This document shows positions 48,175 through 60,334 of a DNA stretch of 64,000 bases, in pieces. The notes under the pieces are model-generated. The model was not told where the DNA came from. It made no database searches and saw nothing but the letters and a program-made list of their open reading frames with translations. The position numbers and the translations under genes are program-made. Position 1 is the stretch's first letter; the number at the start of each line of letters is the position of its first letter. Origin of the DNA: Octopus sinensis (lineage: Eukaryota); the NCBI RefSeq assembly GCF_006345805.1, contig NW_021832229.1, positions 62,001 to 126,000 of the forward strand, written 5' to 3'.

Positions 48175-50220
48175 ACATATCAATTAAAATCTTCCTCGCT
48201 ACATGGAGAGGAAGCCACTCTGTCATGTGTTAACATCATTAGATGATCTAGTTCCTATTCCCAATGTTTCAATAATGTGAAGTGTCATCATGTAGTCAAC
48301 ATCATTTAACATCCATGTTTCATGCTGGCATGGGTTGGACAGTTTGACGACGAAGAATTAATTGTTATGTCCAAATATACAATGAAACATCAATGATTCA
48401 TTGCATATATATAAGCAGATAAAAAAATCATAGTGACTGCCTGCAAGCGAGTATGACTTAGTAATGTATATCATGCTTTCACTCATTATTTTAAGTGTCT
48501 ACATAGTTACAAGCAGATAGACACTCTACTGACCTTCTCACCTTTATCTCATAATTTTGTTGATCCAAACACCTGATTAATAATTCAAGAAAGTAGTTAT
48601 TTTACTAAGACTGTTCAAATTGATTATGTTTATTTACTTGGGAACATGACTATAAAAGAATTTAGCATCAAATTTGATTTCAACTTACATTTTCCACAGC
48701 TATTCTAACAACAGTGTAATAATACTTCTGTAACCTCTCAGAGGAAACATGACTCCTCCTTCACTCCTCTCCACCCTTCATTTATGGTTTGAGAATAATT
48801 CTATAATTGTTGTAAACTGGAATGGAACTTACTCTCTTTCTGCTCACATCCATTCTCCATTTAATGCTACTTGGTTTGCATCTTTTAGAGAGATAGATTA
48901 GATAAAATGAACACAAAGACCAACTAGAAAGTGAAAGTAGTATCTAACTTAGGATGTCTCATAGATAGTGGTGGCAATAGTGTTGGAGGTGGTAGATGTG
49001 GTTATCATGGCAGTGGTGGTGGTGGTGGTGTAGTGGTGACAGTGGATGTGTATGATGGCAGCAATTATAGTGTTGGTGTTTTTGCAGAGGTGGTGGTGGT
49101 AGTGGTGGCGGAAGTGGTTGATGATGATAGAATAGTGGCATTGATTATGTTAGGATGTCTCAGTAGTGGTTGTGAAGATGATTCTGATATTGATAGTCTT
49201 TGCATTGAGGTGGTGGCAGAGTCAGAGTAAATAGTAAGAGCCCAGTTAAGATTCTTAAATTTCGGAGATCATAAGATAGAGAGCAAGAAGTTAAAAGTTC
49301 CAATACTGTCCCAATTCCTACACCCCAGATTCTTCAACTATTTTATAAGAAAGGGGTTAATGGCAGGTTGTATACCAAAAAATACATAAATAAATTACTG
49401 TTTTATTCTTTGGCAACACGTGTTTCATGAGGTACATCCTCGGGTTCCTAAACCACACCTTGTTTCCCTGGAACCCCTCTCAAGATGCCACCCCAATCAT
49501 CAAGCCCTGTTAGTGTGTGTGAAGAGACAGAGAGAGTAATAACTGAAATTTTTTACTCGGTGTATCATCATCATCAACATCATCATCGTTTAACGTCCGT
49601 TTTCCATGCTAGCATGGGTTGGACAGTTCAACCGGGATCTGGGAAGCCAGAAGGCTGCACCAGGCTCCAGTCTGATCTGGCAGTGTTTCTACAGCTGGAT
49701 GCCCTTCATAATGCCGACCACTCCGTGAGTGTAGTGGGTACATTTTATGTGCCAGTGGCACAGGTGCCAGAGGGGTCTGGCATCAGGCACGATTGGTTGG
49801 TGCTTTTTATGTGCCACCGGCACAGGTATCACAACTACTGTTTCCATTGATATTTGGTTTGATGTTCATGTACATGCACTTGACTCAACAGGTCTCCTCA
49901 AGCACTGAGATGTTCCGGGATCCAAGGTACTTTGAATGGGCAGGGGGTATGCGGAACTGGTGCCGGAAGCATCACGGGTCTTAGTAGTCACAGCACATCT
50001 CCAGAGATCTCAGTCCTTCGCCATTGCCTCAGTGAGGCCCAACGCTCTGAGGTCATGCTTGCCTACCTCATCCCATGTCTTCCTGGGTCTACCTCTCCCC
50101 CTGATTCCTTCAACTGTTCGGGAGTGGCACTTCTTCACACATCTCTCCTCATCCATCCGCAGTACATGACCATACCATCGCAAGCGTCGCTCTTGCACAC
50201 CGCATCTGATGCTTCTTATA

Positions 50221-53200
50221 ATAATAATGAAATTATTGTATACAGTGCTCAGGTGCACCACAACTTGTCAGAAAGTGCATATAAAGTACATGCAGCAATG
50301 TAGAAATGTCTGGAAAGTGAACATGCTTGTGTGTGTATAGAGGGGAGAAAATCAAGTGTAGTGTTGGCGAATCTCAGGAAGCATGGAAGTTTTGAAGGAT
50401 GCAGTGCTCCGACAACTAACAACCGATGCCGGCAGTTTGTTCCATGCTTCAGCAACTCTCAGCGTGAAAAAATGTTTCCTGAAGTCATGGGAGCTGTGCT
50501 GTTTTCTTACTTTGTAAATATGTCCACGGGTGTTAGATGGGTGGAGTTTGAAGAGGTGCTCAGAGTTATTGTTTGTGCGATGGTTGATAATTTTATGGGT
50601 GTCTGCCAAGTCAGCTGCCAGACGTCGGAGTTTCAATGTGTCCATGCCCAGGGAAGTAAGGCGTTCAGGATATGGCAAATGCCTGATGGAGGGTATTCTT
50701 TTGGTTTGCACGTCGCTGAACAGCTTCCAGACGATTGATGTCCTGGGCAAGATAGGGGTTCCAGACCGGTGATGCAAATTCCAGGTGAGCTCTTACCATA
50801 GCTATATAAAGCCACAGATAGATAGCCGGAGAGTGGCTCACAAAGGATTTGGTGAGTGATGCCAAGACACCCTCAGCCTTCTTGACAATTTTAGTGATGT
50901 GTTTTGTCCAACGCAAATCACTGTCGACAATAACACCCAGGTCACGTTCACTTGAAGACTTTTTGAGACTAGTGTTGTGGAGGGAGTAGGTGGACGCTGG
51001 GTTTCTCCTCCCAAAATGCATGGTGGTACATTTGTCCACAGCCAGCTTGAGTTGCCAGTCCATGATCCACTGCTGCATTGTGTCCAGGTCTGCTTGCAAT
51101 AGAGATCCATAGTGTACAGGATTTGACCTCTTTATTTCGAGGTACAGCTTGATGTCATCTGCATATTTCAGCACTGTGGCATTCTTTAAGTTGGCATCTA
51201 TGTCATTAACATATGCAACAAATAAAAGGGGGCCAAGAACAGATCCCTGCGGCACACCAGATGTCATCTCATAGGGCGAAGAGTGCTGTCCTAGAACTGT
51301 GACAACCTCTTTTCGGCCGAAAATAAAGGACTTTAACCAGTTATAGAGTTCGTCTCTTACACTCAACGCAGAAAGCTTCACCATAAGTCTTTTGTGTGGC
51401 ACAGAGTTGAAAGCCTTAGCAAAGTCCAGGTAAACAACATCCACCCAGGATCCGCGATCAGTGATTTGGGTAACGTCCTCAAGAAACTCGATGAGTTGAT
51501 TACAGCAGCTGGAGTTTGGAATAAATCCGAATTGTGACGGCTGGATGAGGCTGTGAGACTTCCAGAAGTTCCAGAGGGTTTCTCTGATACAGGATTCCAT
51601 CAGTTTGGCGATGCAGCTAGTAAGACTGACGGGGCGATAGTTGACAGGCGATGTGCGGTCGCCTTTTTTGAACAGAAGGATGACACTGGCAGTTTTCCAC
51701 TGTTCTGGAGTAACACCATTGTCGAGACAGAATTGGAAGAATAGAGAAAGTTGGCTTAGAAGAAAGTACCCACCGCGTTTGAGAAGTAGGTATGTAACAC
51801 CATCGAGACCAGGAGAGGCATAATTGCGTTTATTCTTTAGGTGGCGTTGCAGCATTGCTGGTGTAAATTGCATAGAAGATATAGAGTCCGATGTCAGTGG
51901 TGATGATGATGGAACATTTTGGTCTTCGACAGTAAAGATGCCGACATAGCATCCAGCAATGATTTCTGCACATTCTTCGGGATTGCCAGTAATCTGTCCT
52001 GTGTGGGGATTGCGAAGGGGACCAACAGGAGAGTGGGGTCTCTGCTTTGAGTGCACATACTTCCAGAACCCTTTGCTGTCAGGGTTAGCTGCAATGCGTT
52101 GTTCAAATTCAAGCACTGCCTTTTTTGTCACCTGCTTGAGGTGGTTGGCTGACCTATTGCGTTTTTTCCTGTTGCTCTCTGATTTGTGCAATTTGTATTC
52201 CCGTTCAGCATTACGGCGTTCTTTCCTGGCAAGTCGGACTGCTGCAGTCTCCCAAATTGCACTATTGGGTGGTTTTTTGTGCTTGCGTGGTACTGATGCT
52301 GCACATGCTGCCCATATTGAATTCAGAATGTTCTGGAGTATAGTGTTCACATCGCCAGAGGCATAAAATTCGCGCCAGTTTGGGCGTTGCAGCTCAGTAC
52401 AATAAGAGCTCCAGTTTGCTTTATTCCAGTCAAAGCGGGCAATCTGAAGATGGTTGTGTTTTTTGTTACAACCAATCAGAGACAAGTCGGCCATTATCAT
52501 GGAATGATCAGAGTCACCCAAAGGTTCTTCGGTAGCGACACTAATGATTGTTTCAGGAGAAGCGGTTAGTAGCAGATCCAAAGTGTTGTTACCCCTTGTG
52601 GGGGAGGTAACAACTTGGGACCAATTCGAATTCAGCACTAGTTCAAGAAAATCGTCTGCACTTTGTGACCAACGGAAGGCCTCCCAGTCAATCTCAGAGA
52701 AATTGAAGTCCCCCGCAACATACACATATGTGGCTGTTTTCATGGCAGCCGCCTTGAGGAGATCAAAAAGCTGTGCGTCTTGGCGATAATTTGGAGGACG
52801 GTAAACGGCTCCGAGCAGAAGTGTTGACATGGTCATGTGTACATTGCAGAAAAATACCTCCTGCTGAGATTGGTTCAAATCATCACAGGGGATTGCCGAT
52901 AGACTTGATCGAACATAAATCATCACACCCCCTCCACGGCGATTAATGCGGTCTTTGCGGAACAGGTTGTAGCCGGTTATGCTGAAAACTCCATCACAGA
53001 GTGCAGAGTGTGCCCACGTTTCCGTGACTGTGATGAAATCTGGGTTGATACTTTTGACGTAGGAGACAAAAAGATGCACCTTGTTGCATAAACTACGGGC
53101 ATTCAAGGACAGCAGTTTATATCTGGATTTCAGATGATGATATACAGGGGATGGCTGATTGTTCTTGGTTAGTTTCCCAAGATTTTTGCATTGCCAGTTG

Positions 53201-53342
53201 TTGTTGTGTGTGTAGTCTGCTCAGTCCAACTGGCATCCCTTATCCACGACTCACCAGACTTGACGAATGTCCAGATCTGCCCATCATCGCGGAGGCTAAA
53301 ACTCTCCCGTGGCACAGAGTTGCGATTTAGGGAAGCCACGGA
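50221..53342 (-). mobile_element. CR1-clade LINE nested in RTE copy 4
   Basis: TSD TTCTTATA at 50213-50220 and 53343-53350, short ATA-repeat tail. Confidence 0.93.
50352..53106 (-). pseudogene. CR1 ORF2 (APE endonuclease plus RT) with one frameshift near 50706
   Basis: VTETW, YRPP, AGDFN, SDH, NYRPVSLTS, YLDFAKAF, GVPQGSVLGP and YADD. 813-aa and 141-aa frames. Confidence 0.93.
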
Positions 53343-54851
53343 TTCTTATACCTAGCATTTCTCTCAGGGTGCTTACACTCTGTCGTGCATTCACACTGAC
53401 ATTACACATCCAGCGGATCATGCTAGCTTCATTTCTTTCAAGTCTACACATGTCCTCTGCAGTCACGGCCCATGTTTCACTGCCGTGAAGCATGGCACTT
53501 CGCACACATGCATCATACAATCTACATTTCACTCTGAGTGAGAGACCCTTTGTCGCCAGTAGGGGTAGGAGCTTTCTAAACTTTGCCCAGGCTATTCGTG
53601 TTCTAGTGGTGACACTCTCTGAGCATCCACCCCCACTACTAACTTGGTCACCCAGGTAGCGGAAACTATCAACTAGTTCTAGTTTCTCTCCCTGGAGTGT
53701 GATGGAATCTGTTTTCTGAGTGTCTGTGGTGTCTATTGTCCCTGTGCATCTGCCGCACATGAAAGCTATCTTATCTGTTAATTTCCCTTTAATGTTGCTG
53801 CACCTCTTGTGCATCCATAGCTTACATTGGGTGCATCTTATGGAGTTTCTACCTACACCTTTCCTACAGCTCGAGCAGGGCCACCTGTCCGACGGGGTGT
53901 GTGCTGAGTTCACCTTTCTGCATACTATAACTTTGTTCTTCGCTACATTTACTCTAAGGCCCTTTGATTCTAACCCTTGTTTCCACACCCAAAATTTCTT
54001 TTTTAGTTCCGGTAGTGATTCTGCTATGAAGGCCAGGTCATCAGCATAGAGGAGCTCCCAGGGGCAACCTGTTTTGAATTCCTCTGTTATTGCCTGGAGG
54101 ACTATGATGAATAAAAGGGGACTGAGGTCTGAGCCCTGGTGTACACCTACTTCTACCCGGAATTCTTCACTATATCCGTTGCCAATCCTAACCTTGCTGA
54201 CAGCCTCTCTGTATAGAACCTGTACAGCCCTTATTAGCCATTTGTCAATCAACAGTTTCCGCATCGACCACCAGATAAGGGATCGGGGAACCCTGTCAAA
54301 GGCTTTCTCCAAGTCCACAAAAGCTATGTAGAGGGGTTTATCTTTAGCTAGGTATTTCTCCAGCAGTTGTCGGACCAGGAATATAGCATCAGTGGTGCTT
54401 CTACCCGGCACAAAACCGAACTGCATCTCATCTAAGCAAATTCTCTCCCTAATGAGATGGGTTATGACCCTCTCTGTGGCCTATCTAGAGCATCACCCTT
54501 ACACTTGTAGCAGTTGACTATGGTGCTGCTACGCCAGTCATTGGGTATGACTCCATTATGAACTACCTGGTTAACAATACGGGTGACTAGGCCATAGCCC
54601 GCATAACCAGCTGTTTTAAGCATCTCAGCAGTGATACCTGATGGGCCGGGGGCTTTACCTGGTTTCATATCCTTAATTGCCTTAACTACAAGGGAGCTGT
54701 CTATTTGGATAGCTGGTCCCTCTACTGGGTCAACATTTGGCAGGCTCTCCTCCTCCCATTCATTCTCCACATTCAGCAGTCTTTCATAATGGCTTCTCCA
54801 AGCCTCTTTCTTTTCACCAACATTAAAAGCAAGTGCCCCATACATATACAC

Positions 54852-55225
54852 ATACACCGAGTAAAAAATTTCATCGTTTTCACTCGAAAAAACAAAACAC
54901 TGAATCGGCCATACATACATACATACATACACACACACACATACATACACACACATACATAGATACATACACACACACACACATACATACACACACATAC
55001 ATACATAGATACATACACACACACACATACATACATATACACATACACCGAGTAAAAAATTTCATCGTTTTCACTCGAAAAAACTAAACACTGAATCGGC
55101 CATACATACATACACACACACACATACATACACACACATACACACACACACACACACATACATAGATACATACACACACATACATACATATACACATACA
55201 CCGAGTAAAAAATTTCATCGTTTTG
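54852..55225 (+). repeat. Tandem ~60-bp hairpin core separated by CA/TA microsatellite (2.5 copies)
   Basis: caccgagtaaaaaatttcatcgtttt at 54855, 55046 and 55199. Confidence 0.9.
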
Positions 55226-55564
55226 TTTACATTTCACATCCCATGTGTTTAATACGTCACCAAATTGGTGATCAAGTCTATGGAGACGGAGTAAATAATA
55301 TGAAGCCGAAAGACCGAATACCATTGGTTAAAATTCTAATTATTAAACAATGTTAAACTTAGAAGTTACAATTCCGTTTTCATTCTGGTTTACAATTAAG
55401 TTTACTTTTGACACATTCTACCAGTATACGAAGTTTCAAATTGTTTGGTTCAGTAGGAAAAATTTTTTTAAATTGGCTTCGAAAATGAAAAGATCCGGAC
55501 AAATCTTTCGACTTACAATATAATATAGTAGAACATTTAATATGTGTGTGTGTATATATATATA

Positions 55565-55607
<43 letters not shown>

Positions 55608-55799
55608 TGTGTGTATATATATACATTACCTGTTATATACATTATATTGTTTTTGCAATTTACTTGATCTTTACTTGCCAATTGTCATTCTAATTTTAAC
55701 CTTCCTATGATATGCAATTTTCAAGATAGTGTAATTTGATTGTTCATTTTGAATCGATAGAAGGTGGTTTTTTCTAATATTTCATGTGTAAGCATGTAT

Positions 55800-57385
55800 C
55801 AGAGACACACGACTACAAGAACTAAAAGATACCCTAATCACCAGGAACTATCCACCTTCACTTATTGACAAGTGCATTCAACGTGCCCTTCAACTTAACA
55901 TCAAGGAACTGAGACATCCCAAATCAAAGAAAAACTTACAACCAAAAGCCTTACCATACATCTCCACACACAACCTCTCAATAACGAAGCCTTCGACACC
56001 ATCCTCCACAACATACCCCTCCTAAAAAAAGACCACAGAATGAACACAATCCTCCAAACACACACGATCATAAAAAGCAAAAGACAGCCTAGATCCATGA
56101 AAAGTCTCCTTACACAAGCCCGAATTCACTCCTCAACACAGAAGCCGACAGTAAAAAAATGTGGAAGACCCAATTGCGGGATATGCGACTATCTAATTGA
56201 GGGATCAGAGTTCTCCTTCAAGCAGGGACAACGGTTTACAGTGAAAAGCAACTTCACATGTGCTTCGGAGAACCTAATATACTCACTAACCTGCTCCGGG
56301 TGTCAAGAGCAGTACATAGGCCAAACAAAAAATGGTTTGCGTAAACGAATGGCCCTGCACAGATCCCAGATAAAAATTCCCCAAAACAGAAAAATAGCTT
56401 TTAGCCAACACATAGATACTTGCGCCAACAAAAAAACACCAAACTTCAGAATTTTCCCCCTCTACCAATTTAGGGACGATACAACCTCGAGACAACGAAT
56501 AAGTAAAGAAAATCTCTTTATTACAAAATACAAGCCACTTCTAAACGGGTCTACGACAAACAATTAATATACCTCAACTTTAGAATAAAAGAAAAAAATA
56601 TATATACACACAAATATTACACTCCATAGAATCCATTACTAATCAGCCCCTTCATAGCTATACTTACACCCATTCATATTCCCCCTTCTCTGTTTTTTTC
56701 TTCTTCTTCTTCTTCCTCTTCTTCTTCATCATCATCATTATCATCATCATCGTCGTCATCATCATCACCACCATCATCACCACCATCTTCTCCTTCTCCT
56801 CCTTCTTCTTCATCATCATCATTATCATCATCATCGTCGTCATAATCATCACCACCACCACCATCATCGTCATCTTCTCCTCCTTCTCCTTCTCCTTCTT
56901 CTTCTTCTTCTTCTACTTCTCCACCCCTACCCCTTAACTTTGTCACTAATGTTTTTTAGTATAACACCTACGCTAATTCTATAAACCTACGCTAATTCTA
57001 TAAAGAAGCCTGTCAATATAAATATTCTCCTGAATTGAACTGAGACTGCCAGCCGCCACTGACCATTCAAAATACGACCATCAGGGCACTCCCAGATTCT
57101 CCCATCCCCCTTTCCCCACCAGCCTTCTTCCTCTACTACCCTTCCAAGAACTCACAACGACCTCCCACACACAAGTGCAAACAAGGGAGTCAGAGAAAGG
57201 CAGAATGCCACTTAAATCTGAACACTACTATAGAAATATTCTTTTAAAAAAACTTTTCTTCTAATTTTTCTAAATTTAATTATTTAATCGTTACAGTTGA
57301 AAAGGTCTCAAAATGACCGAAACCGGTACTGAAATGTTCACTATAAAATTATTTTAGCATTTTCTATTTTTGACTTGTTTTTTCA

Positions 57386-57388
<3 letters not shown>
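55800..57388 (+). mobile_element. Penelope-like element fragment 2 (GIY-YIG) with 3' pLTR
   Basis: CGRPNCGIC and NLIYSLTCSGCQEQYIGQT in ORF 56040..56567. Hammerhead at 57294. Confidence 0.9.
57294..57331 (+). ncRNA. Minimal hammerhead with U3-A8 core
   Basis: CAG | TTGAAAA | GGTC-tcaaaat-GACC | GAAA | ACCGGT palindromic stem III | GUA site | CTG. Confidence 0.75.
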
Positions 57389-57431
<43 letters not shown>

Positions 57432-58425
57432 GACATTGAAGGACACATCTTTCGATTTACAATCTAATAAAGTAGAACATTTAGTATATGTCTGTATATG
57501 TATATATATGTGTGTGTGTATATATATATATATTGGCTGTTATATACATTATACTATTTTTATAATTTACTTCCATCTTTACTTTTTAATTGTCACTTTA
57601 ATTTTAACTTTCCTATGATATACAATTTTCAAGATGGTGTAATTTAGTTGTTCATTTTGAACTGATAAAAGGTTTTTTTTTCAAATATTTCATGTATAAA
57701 TCTGTGTGTATATATATATGTAGTGGTATAAATACCAGCACAAAAAAATTTTTTTTTTCCCTTCATCCCTTATTTTTATTTTTTATTTTTATTTTTCTTC
57801 CCCCTTTTCTCTTTTTGTCTCTCTCCCCTTCTCCAAACACACAGACACGCACACACGCGCGCACACACACACAAACACACACGGACACACAGACACACAC
57901 ACACAAAGAATTCTTAAACCCCAAATGGCATTTGACCATCCCCACAATGATAAAAGGAGGTGTAATTTATAGCCTGCCTCCCTACCACCACACACTCAGT
58001 GACACTGAAAGTGGTCAAAGCTGAAATTCTTAGAACCCCCCCCCGTCCAGCAGACCAAAGGAAATTCTTTCCTTCTTCTTCCCTCTCCCTTCCCCTCTTT
58101 CTCTTTAGCACTGCCATACAAACGAGCGCGCGCACACACACACACATACACATACACACATGGTCTCTCTCTCACCTTCCCCTCATCCACCTCACCCTCT
58201 TGTGCTGTCTTGTTCCTCCCTCCCCACAAAGGAATTATTTTGATTTGAAACCCCACTAGAATGGGTGAAAGCACTAATGAACTAAGTGATATGATATATA
58301 TGTAAAAAATGTAATATATAAATAAATATCTGTATATATAAACCATCCGATCTTCTGATTACCTCATTTCTTCTAATATATAATACCTGTACATCATCTC
58401 CAAACCTTCCAATATATATATATAT

Positions 58426-58459
<34 letters not shown>

Positions 58460-58470
58460 ATATATATATA

Positions 58471-58955
58471 TCAGTAACAATATAGGGTGAAATTAATTAA
58501 TTTGGAATAATTATTAATTACACCAAGTAGATTTCGGCATGTAAAAGCCTCATTCGAGGAAAATTTAAGTAATACTAAGCAATTCAGGGTTTAGCAACGA
58601 ATTGCCTCACCACACACCGAATTTAGAAATAGCAGTCAAAAAGTTATAGCTATTCTTTCTACTAAAAGGGAGATCTCAGTAAAAACACAGCACTTGAAAG
58701 GCAAACACAGACAGGTAAGAGAGAATGAAATGACGGCAAACACACAAGTACAAACAAGGGAGTCAGATAAAGGCAGAATGCCACTAAAATTTGAAAACTA
58801 TACAAATATTCCTTTAAAAAAACTTTTCTTCTAATTTTTCTAAATTTAATTATTTAATCGTTACAGTTGAAAAGGTCTCAAAATGACCGAAACCGGTACT
58901 GAAATGTTCTTTATAAAATTATTTTAGCATTTTCTATTTTGACTTGTTTTTTCAT
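58471..58955 (+). mobile_element. pLTR-like fragment; 58741-58955 duplicates 57168-57388
   Basis: Direct alignment by eye. Contains the second hammerhead. Confidence 0.75.
58864..58901 (+). ncRNA. Second identical U3-A8 hammerhead
   Basis: Identical to 57294-57331. Confidence 0.75.
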
Positions 58956-59019
58956 ATATATCAACTCGTGTGTTCCTTTTCACCCTTATACATATATATA
59001 TATATATATATATAATATA

Positions 59020-59059
<40 letters not shown>

Positions 59060-59070
59060 CTTTATATATA

Positions 59071-59112
<42 letters not shown>

Positions 59113-59121
59113 CTATATATA

Positions 59122-60057
59122 TAACTTAGAAAGGTTTTGGCCAGTATTGGCCCAGGCCATGTCTAACTTAATAGCACCAGATGGCGAAGTCTTTCAGTTC
59201 AGGATTTGGGCACCAAGGCCCATTCAAGCAGAGAGTTATTGTTTGCGGAGACATATCTGGGTGTGGGTGGTTTGTCCGGTACTGTTTGAAGGAATTTGTC
59301 CAAAGACTTCTTGAATTTTGTGTGGTCAGTTTCTTTTTTGACGTGTCCTGGTGTAATGTTGAAGAGAGCGGGTCCAATTGAGGTGAAATAGTTGTGCCGT
59401 ATTGTCGTTATGTGATGCGATATAGATTTTTGTTGTGGACGGATGGCACGTGGTCCAAGCCTTGGATGCATTTTGAAGGTGATGCCAACATCATTCGGAC
59501 AGTGCTGATGGAATATTTTCCACATCATACAGATAATGTAGCGTTCACGGCGTCGTTGGAGTGAATACAATTTCAGCTTCTCTAGTCTACCCCAGTAGTC
59601 AAGGTCTGACATGCCATCTATCTTTTTTGTGATTGACCTTTGGGGAGCTTCAATTCTCATAATATTTTGTTTTGTGTAGGGAGACCACAGTGGACAGCAG
59701 TATTCAAGGTGGTGTCGGGCAAAAGTGGAGAAGAAGGATAATAGCGTGGAATCTCTCGACTGGAAGGTTCTGAGAATCCAGGAACACATTCTGCGCGGCC
59801 ATGTCAACTTTGCTGCTTATATGTGTAGCCCAGCTTATGTTGTTGTCCAATGTTACTCCCAGGTCTCTGATGTTGTTGGATGCCATGAGAATTTCTCCAG
59901 AAGGAAGAGAGTATGGGAGTTTCAGAGCGTCTTCCCTTCCAAAGTGGATCAGTTCCAATTTGTCTTCATTTAGCAACATGTTATTCTTTTCCGCCCATTG
60001 GACAACAGCCAGTAGGTCTGACTGAAGCTTTATTCGGTCATCCACGCCATTGATGAT

Positions 60058-60060
<3 letters not shown>
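59122..60060 (-). mobile_element. CR1 3' fragment, same family as 12110-13580
   Basis: ORF 59199..59807 nearly matches 13079..13492 and has the same 3' end. Confidence 0.93.
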
Positions 60061-60095
<35 letters not shown>

Positions 60096-60117
60096 TCTAT
60101 ATAGATATATATATACA

Positions 60118-60174
<57 letters not shown>

Positions 60175-60261
60175 TTATATATATATATACATATATATTA
60201 TATATATACATATATATTATATATATACATATATACATATTTATATATATATTTCATATAC

Positions 60262-60306
<45 letters not shown>

Positions 60307-60334
60307 TATACATATACATATATATATCATCACA

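Larger units (their letters stand above)
49566..54835 (-). mobile_element. RTE LINE copy 4, split by a CR1 insertion (49566-50220 and 53343-54835)
   Basis: The reading frame ...EMLGIR|SIRCGVQERR... continues across the insert. ORF 53296..54426. Confidence 0.92.
55497..57699 (+). repeat. Diverged ~260-290-bp direct repeats (55497-55791, 57441-57699) flanking PLE fragment 2
   Basis: Shared ggaca(a/c)atctttcga..tacaat...ttcctatgatat(g/a)caattttcaagat...atttcatgt. Confidence 0.85.

Noticed and set aside
48833-48881. Possible 49-nt minus-strand exon (CKPSSIKWRMDVSRKR) with GTAAGT donor
   Set aside because: Short and isolated, with no partner exons, on the opposite strand to the other candidates.
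53230-53342. HDV-like ribozyme at the CR1 5' end
   Set aside because: A P1-like stem exists, but I could not place L3 (UCC), P1.1 or J4/2 motifs.
56664-56946. Acidic D/E-rich ORF
   Set aside because: Translation of a (CAT)/(CTT) microsatellite.
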